Source of the DNA: Macrostomum lignano
Taxonomy: Eukaryota
Direction of reading: 5' to 3'
Length of the DNA: 64,000 nucleotides
NCBI GenBank assembly: GCA_002269645.1
Contig: NIVC01000655.1
Coordinates: 62,001-126,000 of the forward strand
Shown: in pieces, positions 36,679 through 48,494 of the stretch
How the letters are laid out: each line of letters opens with the position of its first letter
Position numbering within the stretch: position 1 is the stretch's first letter
Program-made: the position numbers and the translations under genes
Notes under the pieces: model-generated
The model's input: the letters and a program-made list of their open reading frames with translations, nothing else
The model's database searches: none
Told to the model about the DNA's origin: nothing

Positions 36679-38135
36679 GTGTGTCTACCTGGAGTGTGTC
36701 TACTTGGAGGGTGTCTACTTGGAGGGTGTCTACCTGGAGTGTGTCTACCTGGAGTGTGTCTACTTGGAGGGTGTCTACCTGGAGGGTGTCTACCTGGAGT
36801 GTGTCTACTTGGAGTGTGTCTACTTGGAGGGTGTCTACTTGGAGGGTGTCTACTTGGAGGGTGTCTACTTGGAGGGTGTCTACCTAGAGGGTGTCTACCT
36901 GGAGGGTGTCTACCTGAAGGGTGTCTACCTGGGGTGCCTACCTGGAGGGTGCCTACCTGGAGGGTGTCTACCTGGAGGGTGTCTACCTGGAGGGTGTCTA
37001 TCTGGTGGGTGTCTATCTGGTGGGTGTCTATCTGGTGGGTGTCTACCTGGAGGGTGTCTATCTGGTGGGTGTCTATCTGGTGGGTGTCTACCTGGAGGGT
37101 GTCTATCTGGTGGGTGTCTACTTGGAGGGTGTCTACCTGGAGTGTGTCTACTTGGAGGGTGTCTACTTGGAGGGTGTCTACTTGGAGGGTGTCTACTTGG
37201 AGGGTGTCTACCTGAAGGGTATCTACTTAAAGGGTGCCTTCCTGGCGGGTGTCTACCTAGAGGGTGTCTACCTGGAGGGTGTCTACCTGAAGGGTGTCTA
37301 CCTGGGGTGCCTACCTGGAGGGTGTCTACCTGAAGGGTGTCTACCTGGGGTGCCTACCTGGGGTGCCTACCTGGAGGGTGTCTACCTGGGGTGCCTACCT
37401 GGAGGGTGTCTACCTGGAGGGTGTCTACCTGGAGGGTGTCTATCTGGTGGGTGTCTATCTGGTGGGTGTCTACCTGGAGGGTGTCTATCTGGTGGGTGTC
37501 TACTTGGAGGGTGTCTACCTGGAGGGTGTCTATCTGGTGGGTGTCTACTTGGAGGGTGTCTACCTGGAGTGTGTCTACTTGGAGGGTGTCTACCTGGAGG
37601 GTGTCTATCTGGTGGGTGTCTACTTGGAGGGTGTCTACTTGGAGGGTGTCTACTTGGAGGGTGTCTACCTGGACTGTGTCTACCTGGAGGGTGTCTACCT
37701 GGAGGGTGTCTACTTGGAGGGTGTCTACTTGGAGGGAGTCTACCTGTAGAGGGTGTCTACCTTGAGGGTGTCTACCTGGAGAGGGTGTCTACCTGGAGAG
37801 GGTGTCTACCTGGAGGGTGTCTACCTGGAGGGTGTCTACCTGGAGGGTGTTTACCTGAAAATAATTACCTGAAGATGTCTAAGACTAATGAATATATTTA
37901 AGACTACCTGAAGATGTCTAAGACTACCTGAAGATGTCTAAGACTACCTGAAGATGTCTAAGACTACCTGAAGATTTCTAAGACTACCTGAAGATGTCTA
38001 AGACTACCTGAAGACGTCTAAGACTACCTGAAGATGTCTAAGACTACCTGAAGATGTCTAAGACTACCTGAAGATGTCTAAGACTACCTGAAGATGTCTA
38101 AGACTACCTGAAGATGTCTAAGACTACCTGAAGGT
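36679..38135. repeat. Two adjacent intronic arrays: 15-bp GGGTGTCTACCTGGA (36679-37858) and 20-bp GAAGATGTCTAAGACTACCT (37862-38135)
   Basis: They fill nearly all of intron 36607-38176; about 11 units carry the CTATCT variant. Confidence 0.95.
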
Positions 38136-38176
38136 GTCCTTGGAAGCGTGTTCTGAACTGAAATTACTAAACAAAC

Positions 38177-38443
38177 CTTGTGCAGCTTATAGTACAAGCC
38201 GCAGGCGTTGCACACCGATTCGCCTTCGTTATTTCGTCGCCACAGCGTAGTCTGAGTTGTCTGACAGTTGCTGCACACCTGCCCGACTCGCTGCTTATTG
38301 GCCGATCCCCCGGCGCCCCCGCCGCCGCCGCCGCCGCCGCCCGCGCTGGCGCCACCGCCGCCACTGCCGCTTGCGTTTACTCCGGCGCTGGAGGCGCCGC
38401 CGCCACCGCCGCTGCCGCCTGCCGCAGTCGCAGACGACGACGC
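38177..38443 (-). CDS. GATA4/5/6: GATA factor A: C-terminal zinc finger exon with Gly/Ala linker
   Basis: [33 protein letters not shown] (CX2CX17CX2C); TTTCAG acceptor, GTTTGT donor, phase 0/0. Confidence 0.95.
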
Positions 38444-38574
38444 CTGAAAGAAATATTCAACAATTCAAGATTTATGACAGGATTTGCAATATTCGCATAT
38501 ATTGTAACGGGCTACTATAAGTAGGCTATTGATGCACGGATTTCGATAGGATTTAAAATTTAGCCTAAGAAGAG

Positions 38575-39690
38575 GTGAAAAGACAGGTTAGATAGCAGAC
38601 AGACAGGGTGAAAAAGACAGGTGAGAGAGCAGACAGACAGGGTGAAAAAGACAGGTGAGAGAGCAGACAGACAGGGTGAAAAAGACAGGTGAGAGAGCAG
38701 ACAGACAGGGTGAAAAAGACAGGTGAGAGAGCAGACAGACAGGGTGAAATAAACAGGCGAGACAGCAGACAGACAGGGTAAAAAAGACCGGTGAGAGAGC
38801 AGACAGACAGGGTGAAATAAACAGGCGAGACAGCAGACAGACAGGGTAAAAAAGACAGGTGAGAGAGCAGACAGACAGGGTGAAATAAACAGGCGAGACA
38901 GCAGACAGACAGGGTAAAAAAGACAGGTGAGAGAGCAGACAGACAGGGTGAAATAAACAGGTGAGACAGCAGACAGACAGGGTAAAAAAGACAGGTGAGA
39001 CAGCAGACAGACAGGGTGAAAAAGACAGGTGAGACAGCAGACAGACAGGGTGAAAAAGACAGGTGAGACAACAGACAGACAGGGTGAAAAAGACAGGTGA
39101 GACAGCAGACAGACAGGGTGAAAAAGACAGGTGAGACAGCAGACAGACAGGGTGAAAAAGACAGGTGAGACAACAGACAGACAGGGTGAAAAAGACAGGT
39201 GAGACAGCAGACAGACAGGGTGAAAAAGACAGGTGGGAGAGCAGACAGACAGGGTTAAAAAGACAGGTGGGAGAGCAGACAGACAGGGTGAAAAAGACAG
39301 GTGAGAGAGCAGACAGACAGGGTAAAAAAGACAGGTGAGAGAGCAGACAGACAGGGTAAAAAAGACAGGTGAGAGAGCAGACAGACAGGGTGAAATAAAC
39401 AGGTGAGACAGCAGACAGACAGGGTAAAAAAGACAGGTGAGACAGCAGACAGACAGGGTGAAATAAACAGGCGAGACAGCAGACAGACAGGGTAAAAAAG
39501 ACCGGTGAGAGAGCAGACAGACAGGGTGAAATAAACAGGCGAGACAGCAGACAGACAGGGTAAAAAAGACAGGTGAGAGAGCAGACAGACAGGGTGAAAT
39601 AAACAGGCGAGACAGCAGACAGACAGGGTAAAAAAGACAGGTGAGAGAGCAGACAGACAGGGTGAAATAAACAGGCGAGACAGCAGACAG
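38575..39690. repeat. 34-bp intronic minisatellite GACAGACAGGGTGAAAAAGACAGGTGAGAGAGCA
   Basis: Period 34 (38601, 38635...); lies between the two finger exons. Confidence 0.95.
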
Positions 39691-39717
39691 TCAGTAACTC
39701 ATGCAGAGGAGAAATCA

Positions 39718-39924
<207 letters not shown>

Positions 39925-40183
39925 TTATGGCGTTTGGTATGAAATTTTAGGCTTGCTGTCTGTTTGACAGATGATGCAATCAGTGTTTTCAAAGAACGAC
40001 TATATGGTGATTGCAAATGTTACAAGGGCCTATGCAAATAGCCTGTGTGTTGAAAGAGCTGGGGACTGCTTGCCTTATTACTTTTAGTTATATTTGACTA
40101 ACTGGGAAACATTGGCTGTCACTTCTGTGACTTTTACAATTCAAATAAACTTGAGACTGCAAGCCACCGTGAATCTAATATAG

Positions 40184-40585
40184 AGACCCTGACACCCTTC
40201 AATAGATTCCTGATAGCTTTAATTGGTCCTGACACACCTGACACATTTAAGACCCTGACACCCTTCAAGTAGACCCTGACACCCTTCAAGTAGACCCTGA
40301 CACCCTTCAAGTAGACCCTGACACCCTTCAAGTAGACCCTGACACCTTTCAAGAGGCCCAAACACCCTTCAAATAGACCCTGACACCCTTCAAGTAGACC
40401 CTGACACCCTTCAAATAGACCTTGACACCCTTCAAATAGACCCTGACACCCTTCAAATAGACCCTGGCACCCTTCAAATAGACCCTGGCACCCTTCAAGT
40501 AGACCCTGGCACCCTTCCTTCAAGTAGACCCTGACAACCTTCAAGAGGCCCAAACACCCTTCAAGTAGACTCTGACACCCTTCAA
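40184..40585. repeat. 21-bp minisatellite GACCCTGACACCCTTCAAGTA
   Basis: Direct reading of tandem units. Confidence 0.93.
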
Positions 40586-41425
40586 GAAATCCTAAAACTC
40601 TTGTAGATATAGCTTTCAGACTTTTCATACCACACACAGTTACCAGCAAGGAATTGTTATTTTTAAATAGCCTAATTGTACATTTATACCAAAATGCAGC
40701 TCATTTATTGTTTAAACTCAGCGATGACGCGAGTTACCCACAGAATATTTAGAACTCATGTGAAAATCTGTTATCTGGAACATAGCAAGTTTGCGACCCC
40801 CATGCGCAGTCTCTACAAAGTCTCCAGTCAGTAACTGGTCAGCTGCTAGTGCAGTACAACCCAGCAACACAACTTCCAAATTGCTGGCAGTCAGCCTTCC
40901 CAAAACAAGTTTCTGCAACTAGATTTTTGCTCCATGCGGTGCGCTCTAAAAATGTCATTCTATAGCGCCAGCTAAAAGGCCTGGTCCCAAACCACTCCAC
41001 GTAGACAGGCCGCTGTGTTTGCGGCAAAATCTCAGTCCTAAACGGGAAAAACCGAGCGCAAACAGTGTTATCAGCCATTCGAGCTTCGCGGAGTATTCGA
41101 ATGCTGGCTGCTCTTCGCATATGGCGTATTATATAGGCTTGATTTGACTTACCGATAAGAGATTCGACCCACCAACCTCCCTCCCAGCTCCACATATTGC
41201 TCAGAGTCAATCGTTGCGTTCTCAACCAGCGAAGTAACAGTCTTTATATTCACGCGTATATTTGAGCCTACATGCAGAGCAGCTTGTGAAACCCACCACA
41301 GAGTTGTTGAATGTGCAGCGCATTCCAATATTGAGTTCGTGCACGTGTTTGCATGGGAGAATAGCGGTTTGACTCCGGGAAATGAGGGGGCGCATGACCT
41401 GTCCAAGATTTGACGGAATACTTTT

Positions 41426-43390
41426 CTGATTCTCAAATGGCGCCTCTCTGATTCTCAAATGGCGCCTCTCTGATTCTCAAATGGCGCCTCTCTGATTCTC
41501 AAATGGCGCCTCTCTGATTCTGAAATGGCGCCTCTCTGATTCTGAAATGGCGCCTCTCTGATTCTGAAATGGTACCAACTTCTCTCTGATTCTGAAATGG
41601 TACCAACTTCTCTCTGATTCTGAAATGGTACCAACTTCTCTCTGATTCTGAAATGGTACCAACTTCTCTCTGATTCTGAAATGGTACCAACTTCTCTCTG
41701 ATTCTGAAATGGTACCAACTTCTCTCTGATTCTGAAATGGTACCAACCTCTCTCTGATTCTGGCGCCTCTCTTTGATTCTGAAATGGCGCTTCTCTGATT
41801 CTCAAATGGCGCCTCTCTGATTCTCAAATGGCGCCTCTCTGATTCTCAAATGGCGCCTCTCTGATTCTGAAATGGTACCAACTTCTCTCTGATTCTGAAA
41901 TGGTACCAACTTCTCTCTGATTCTGAAATGGTACCAACTTCTCTCTGATTCTGAAATGGTACCAACTTCTCTCTGATTCTGAAATGGTACCAACTTCTCT
42001 CTGATTCTGAAATGGTACCAACCTCTCTCTGATTCTGGCGCCTCTCTTTGATTCTGAAATGGCGCCTCTCTGATTCTCAAATGGCGCCTCTCTGATTCTC
42101 AAATGGCGCCTCTCTGATTCTGAAATGGTACCAACTTCTCTCTGATTCTGAAATGGTACCAACTTCTCTCTGATTCTGAAATGGTACCAACTTCTCTCTG
42201 ATTCTGAAATGGTACCAACTTCTCTCTGATTCTGAAATGGTACCAACTTCTCTCTGATTCTGAAATGGTACCAACCTCTCTCTGATTCTGGCGCCTCTCT
42301 TTGATTCTGAAATGGCGCCTCTCTGATTCTCAAATGGCGCCTCTCTGATTCTCAAATGGCGCCTCTCTGATTCTGAAATGGTACCAACTTCTCTCTGATT
42401 CTGAAATGGTACCAACTTCTCTCTGATTCTGAAATGGTACCAACTTCTCTCTGATTCTGAAATGGTACCAACCTCTCTCTGATTCTGGCGCCTCTCTTTG
42501 ATTCTGAAATGGCGCCTCTCTGATTCTCAAATGGCGCCTCTCTGATTCTGAAATGGCGCCTCTCTGATTCTGAAATGGTACCAACTTCTCTCTGATTCTG
42601 AAATGGTACCAACTTCTCTCTGATTCTGAAATGGTACCAACTTCTCTCTGATTCTGAAATGGTACCAACCTCTCTCTGATTCTGGCGCCTCTCTTTGATT
42701 CTGAAATGGCGCCTCTCTGATTCTCAAATGGCGCCTCTCTGATTCTCAAATGGCGCCTCTCTGATTCTGAAATGGTACCAACTTCTCTCTGATTCTGAAA
42801 TGGTACCAACTTCTCTCTGATTCTGAAATGGTACCAACTTCTCTCTGATTCTGAAATGGTACCAACCTCTCTCTGATTCTGGCGCCTCTCTTTGATTCTG
42901 AAATGGCGCCTCTCTGATTCTCAAATGGCGCCTCTCTGATTCTCAAATGGCGCCTCTCTGATTCTGAAATGGCGCCTCGATGATTCTGAAATGGTACCAA
43001 CCTCTCTCTAATTCTGGCGCCTCCCTCTGATTCTGACATGGCGCCTCTCTCTGATTCTGGCGCCTCCCTCTGATTCTGACATGGCGCCTCTCTCTCTGAT
43101 TCTCAAATGGCGCCTCTCTGATTCTGAAATGGCGCCTCTCTCTCTGATTATGAAATGGCGCCTTCCTCTCTCTGATTCTCAAATGGCGCCTCTCTGATTC
43201 TGAAATGGCGCCTCTCTCTCTGATTATGAAATGGCGCCTCTCTCTCTGATTCTCAAATGGCGCCTCTGTGTCTATCTCTCTGATTATGAAATGGCGCCTC
43301 TTTCTCTAATTCTCAAATGGCGCCTCTCTGATTCTCACATGGCGCCTCTCTGTCTATCTCTCTGATTCTGAAATGGCGCCTCTTTCTGAT
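41426..43390. repeat. Higher-order minisatellite of 22-, 28- and 19-bp monomers in the largest GATA-A intron
   Basis: A=GATTCTCAAATGGCGCCTCTCT, B=GATTCTGAAATGGTACCAACTTCTCTCT, C=GATTCTGGCGCCTCTCTTT, ordered (A)n(B)nC about six times, then decaying. Confidence 0.93.
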
Positions 43391-43512
43391 TCTGAACTCT
43401 TCAGTGCGCTTCTCTCTCGAATTCTACAATAGCGCCTCTCAAGCCTTAAATGGCACTACTCTGGTATTCAGGAACAATGGCCCCTCATTTTGAATAGGTA
43501 AGTCTATAATCA

Positions 43513-44199
<687 letters not shown>

Positions 44200-44329
44200 T
44201 CAGATCGAAATTTACAATCAAAACTGCCGCTGTTCTCCGAGAGGACGAGAATTTCCCGCAGGGGCGCTTCCAGCTATAGTCGAAATTTCAAGTCAAATCC
44301 AGTATATAGATTACACTGGACTATGCCAG

Positions 44330-44872
44330 ACTAGATTAGAAATAGATTACAACTAGACTAGATTACGATTAGGACTAGACTAGACTATATGAGACTAGAT
44401 TAGAAATATACTATAGTCTAGACTAGATTAGAACTAGACTAGATTACGATTAGAACTAGACCTAGACTAGATTAGACTAGATTAGAACTAGACTAGACTA
44501 GATTAGAACTAGACTAGACTAGATTAGACTGACGAGCTAGACTAAACTAGATTAGGCTATAGACTAGAATTAGATTAGACTAGATTAGACTATAGATTCG
44601 AACTAGACTAGACTAGATTAGAACTAGACTAGACTATATTAGAACAAGACTAGACTAGATTAGAACTAGACTAGATTAGATTAGAACTAGACTAGACTAG
44701 ATTAGAACTAAGACTAGACTAGATTAGAACTAGAGTAGAGTAGAACTAGAACTAGACTAGACTAGATTAGAACTAGACTAGATTAGATTAGAACTAGACT
44801 AGACTAGATTAGAACTAGACTAGACTGGATTAGAACTAGAGTAGAGTAGAACTAGAACTAGACTAGACTAGC
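44330..44872. repeat. Degenerate (ACTAG/ATTAG)n pentamer array
   Basis: Direct reading. Confidence 0.93.
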
Positions 44873-45149
44873 GATTTCAAATCCGACTGAATTTGACTTG
44901 AAATTCCAACGGGAAAACCCTTGCAAGAGCACGAACGCTTTTGTCTCAGCTGTCTATAGATTGGAATTTATAATTATCTAAAGGTGCTAATTTGTGTCTA
45001 AAATATTGTGTCAAGAGGGCAACTTACTTGAGGTTTACAGTTAAAAGCAATAGACAAACAAAGCCGGGTAATATAGGTAGTTCACACCTCACTTCTAGTA
45101 AGCCTATTGAATCTATAGATAACAGTTTGAAATGTGATTCTTTACTCAC

Positions 45150-45590
45150 CTGATAAGCGAATGCCTGCTCAGTCTGCAGAAACGGCACCTGTTGATGGAT
45201 TTGGTAACCGGAGAAGCCAGACATTGTATGATAGTCTGCTGTCTCCAGCTTCAAGTGGCCCTGGTCGTAGTCGTACATGGCAGCCAAGGTGTCGTGCTGC
45301 TGCTGGTGCTGGTGCTGCTGCTCAATTGTCATGCTCAGATTGTGCAGCTGCTGACCAATGCTAGCGTTGCTGACAATCAGCTGCTGCTGTTGCTGCTGTT
45401 CAGTGTCAGGTCCTTCGTCCAGATCGGCACTGTTGCTGCAACTGCCGCCGCCTCCGCCGCCGCCTCCGCCAGACAGCTCTCCCGCGGTGCTCACGCTGAT
45501 GTACACGGTGGCTGTGCTAGTCGAGGCTCCGGTGCCGACAGCAGCAGCAGAAGAGGAAGATTCCTGGTCGGAGGATAAGCGCACCTGCTC
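45150..45590 (-). CDS. GATA4/5/6: GATA factor A: N-terminal exon (147 codons, S/G/Q-rich)
   Basis: CCCTGCAG acceptor, EQVRLSSDQ...QAFAYQ, GTGAGT donor. The start Met plausibly comes from an upstream exon ending ATG|GTAAGT at 46913-46911. Confidence 0.75.
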
Positions 45591-46323
45591 CTGCAGGGTT
45601 AGTTAATTAATTAAATGAATTGGATGAACGCCGCAGGCAAAGCAAGAGTGGCTGCTGGTTTATTGCAATAGTCTGGGGTCAATTAACTGTCTGTATCTGT
45701 ATATATATTTGCGTGTACATAGTAGACTATTACTAATTACTCTCTGGAGTTTTCGGGAAGGCCGTGCACTTCCTTCCTCCGACTTTGTTTTTAGGGGTTT
45801 CGCGGGCGGGGGGGGCAGGGGGAAGGGTGGCGGCGGTTTAGCCCACAGTCGGCTAGATCAAAGAAAGGATTTTATTTTTGATAGGCCGCCGCGCGAGGCG
45901 ATCGGTTCTAATGGTAATAATAATTGGTTCTTGAACATCGGCCCGGGGCCCCCAACCCCCCGCTGCGCGGGGAGAGGTCGGTTTTGGTGGGGCACTGCAG
46001 GAATGGAAAGTTATTACGCAAAAAGGTACATTGTTACGAGATTTATATTCGGTTCCCACAAATATAATTATAAGCTTAGTTAGTTAGTCTAGTAGCTCTG
46101 AATTGAGCCTTGAGCCTCACCCAACAGGGATTGTTGGGAATAAAGTCTCATAGAGTCCGGGGGGGGGATTTAAGTGAGCCATCCACCGTGCGGCAGATTT
46201 TGGTTCGACCTTTGATGCACAATGACGCAACCCCTATCGCTTATGCCATTGGCGCACAGTAGGGATTTCGCACCTTGACCTCAGAACTCTCGGAACTCAA
46301 AGGCTTTATTATACTCTCATATA

Positions 46324-47217
46324 AGATAGATAAGCTTTAAAATATGGAAAGCGAAAATCTGCTCACCTATTTCCGACAGCAATGTCCATTTTTTATTTGG
46401 TTGGCTTTGTTGCCGAGTCGGGGGGTGATGTAATGCGGGATTACAGAAGCTCAGACAGACTCGAGAGTGGGAATACCGAGGAGCGAAGGGGACTTGAATC
46501 GGAGTCTCATATCTCAGCGCCTCGCGGGTCTTTTATATATATAATTTCTCGCGCGAAGAAGTCGCAGCGATCAGCAAAGATACGGTATCACTTCTGCGGG
46601 CACAGATACCCAGATTCCTCTGTCTGTGACAAGCAGATAATGCGGTTTGGGGAAATCAGGGGGCCTCTGGCCTTCGAATCCAAAGGCCCCCCCCGATAAC
46701 ATGCTCAGGGGAGGGCCGGGCCGTACTCGCGGGGAGAGATACCACACCGAGCCCCACCCGAGCTGGGTCACAGATAAATCCGACAGTCTGATAATTCCCT
46801 CAAATGCTTCGAATAGGGTTCTGCCTGACAGTGCCCGTGCAATCTGTTTCTGAGGCCGTGTGGATTTTTATCATTTTTTCCGGGCTATAAGCAATAGCTG
46901 TGGGACTTACCATATCTCAGCAGCGAGGACAAGCCGAGTGTATAGATAGATAGAAGCAGAAAAATTCCAAATCTCTGCTGCCTGCGCCGATCGAGTTGCC
47001 CTTACTCTCTTCTATAAATTTCTGTGGCGCTCGGGGCGGCCGCTCAGACTCGACGCGGCGGGCGGATTGAGGAGGTTGAGGCGGGCGGCGGCGGCCCAGC
47101 CCGTCTGTTGCTAATTTGCTGCCAACTGGGCCGCTCCTCGTCCGCCCCCTCCCCGCCCGCCTCCCCCCCCCCCGGGTCCGCCTCCGCCCTCCAGAAAGCC
47201 AGGCCAGCCTCTTATCT
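46324..47217. promoter_or_regulatory. Candidate promoter/5' regulatory region of GATA factor A with clustered WGATAR sites and a GC-rich segment
   Basis: WGATAR at 46324, 46328, 46635, 46772, 46789, 46868(rc), 46944, 46948 and 47212(rc); GC-rich segment 47020-47200. Confidence 0.5.
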
Positions 47218-47564
47218 CAGCTCAGGGTTTGAGTTGTGCAAACAGTTCATATATAATATATATATATATATAGCTTGTATATTAACCAGAAGGTGGTTAA
47301 GAATCGAACTCGTGACGCTGTGGACAGGTGGGGTTGGGGTGTGACTGTGCCTGTACTGCCGCCACTCCTTACCTCAGCTAGTTCTGTTTCTCGGCGTCAA
47401 AGACTAAAATTCAAGTTGTGCAGCATTTCAAGGTGAAGCGATTAACGCATTAAATAAAATTAAATTGAGGATAGCTTTAGTTGATAATTCAAAATGATAT
47501 CAAATTTGAGTGCTGGCTTCAAGATTAATTAAGTGGCTTTGAGTTTTAAGACTGCAGTGCCAGG

Positions 47565-47840
47565 AAACTGGGAAAGTGGCGCCAAGATTGGGAAAGTGGC
47601 GCTAAGATTGGGAAAGTGGCGCTAAGATTGGGAAAGTTGCGCTAAGATTGGGAAATTGGCGCTAAGATTGGGAAATTGGCGCCAAGATTGGGAAATTGGC
47701 GCCAAGATTGGGAAATTGGCGCCAAGATTGGGAAATTGGCGTCAAGATTGGGAAATTGGCGTCAAGATTGGGAAATTGGCGTCAAGATTGGGAAATTGGC
47801 GCAAAGATTGAGAGAACGGCGCCAAGATTGGGAAAGTGGC
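47565..47840. repeat. 20-bp minisatellite GGCGCCAAGATTGGGAAATT
   Basis: Direct reading of tandem units. Confidence 0.93.
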
Positions 47841-48111
47841 AAAGCATAGATGATACATGGCATTTTTATGGCTGATAGAAATTTAAGATTTAAATCCCAA
47901 ATCTATTAAATCTGCAATTTAGCATGAGCGCGTTAACTGTATATGATCAATTTTAACACTTTTTAACAGAACACATGAGTGAAAGAATGCATGTAGCATT
48001 TTGGATGGAGGAACAACGGTTACGATTACAGTGCATGCAGTGCATTCTAGTGTAGAATAGTAGGGGTTAATAAAGTAGATAAACATTAACAATCACTGAA
48101 CGATTGCGACT

Positions 48112-48487
48112 TCAGTGGGATTAGCGCTAATGCTTTAATCCTTCAGTAGGTCACCGCTAATGCTTTAATCCTTCAGTAGGTCACCGCTAATCCCTTAATC
48201 CTTCAGTAGGTCACTGCTAATCCTTTAATCCTTCAGTGGGTCACCGCTAATCCTTTAATCCTTCAGTAGGTCACCGCTAATGCTTTAATCCTTCAGTAGG
48301 TCACCGCTAATGCTTTAATCCTTCAGTAGGTCACCGCTAATCCTTTAATCCTTCAGTAGGTCACCGCTAATGCTTTAATCCTTCAGTAGGTCACCGCTAA
48401 TGCTTTAATCCTTCAGTAGGTCACCGCTAATGCTTTAATCCTTCAGTAGGTCACCGCTAATGCTTTAATCCTTTAGTAGGTCACCGC
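48112..48487. repeat. 30-bp minisatellite CTTCAGTAGGTCACCGCTAATGCTTTAATC just after the stop of the uncharacterised gene
   Basis: About 12 units. Confidence 0.93.
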
Positions 48488-48494
48488 AAGTCCT

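Noticed and set aside
40718-41458. Several 66-128 aa ORFs in a GATA-A intron
   Set aside because: No recognisable motifs and no phase-compatible splice sites; the 43530->39914 junction is already in phase.
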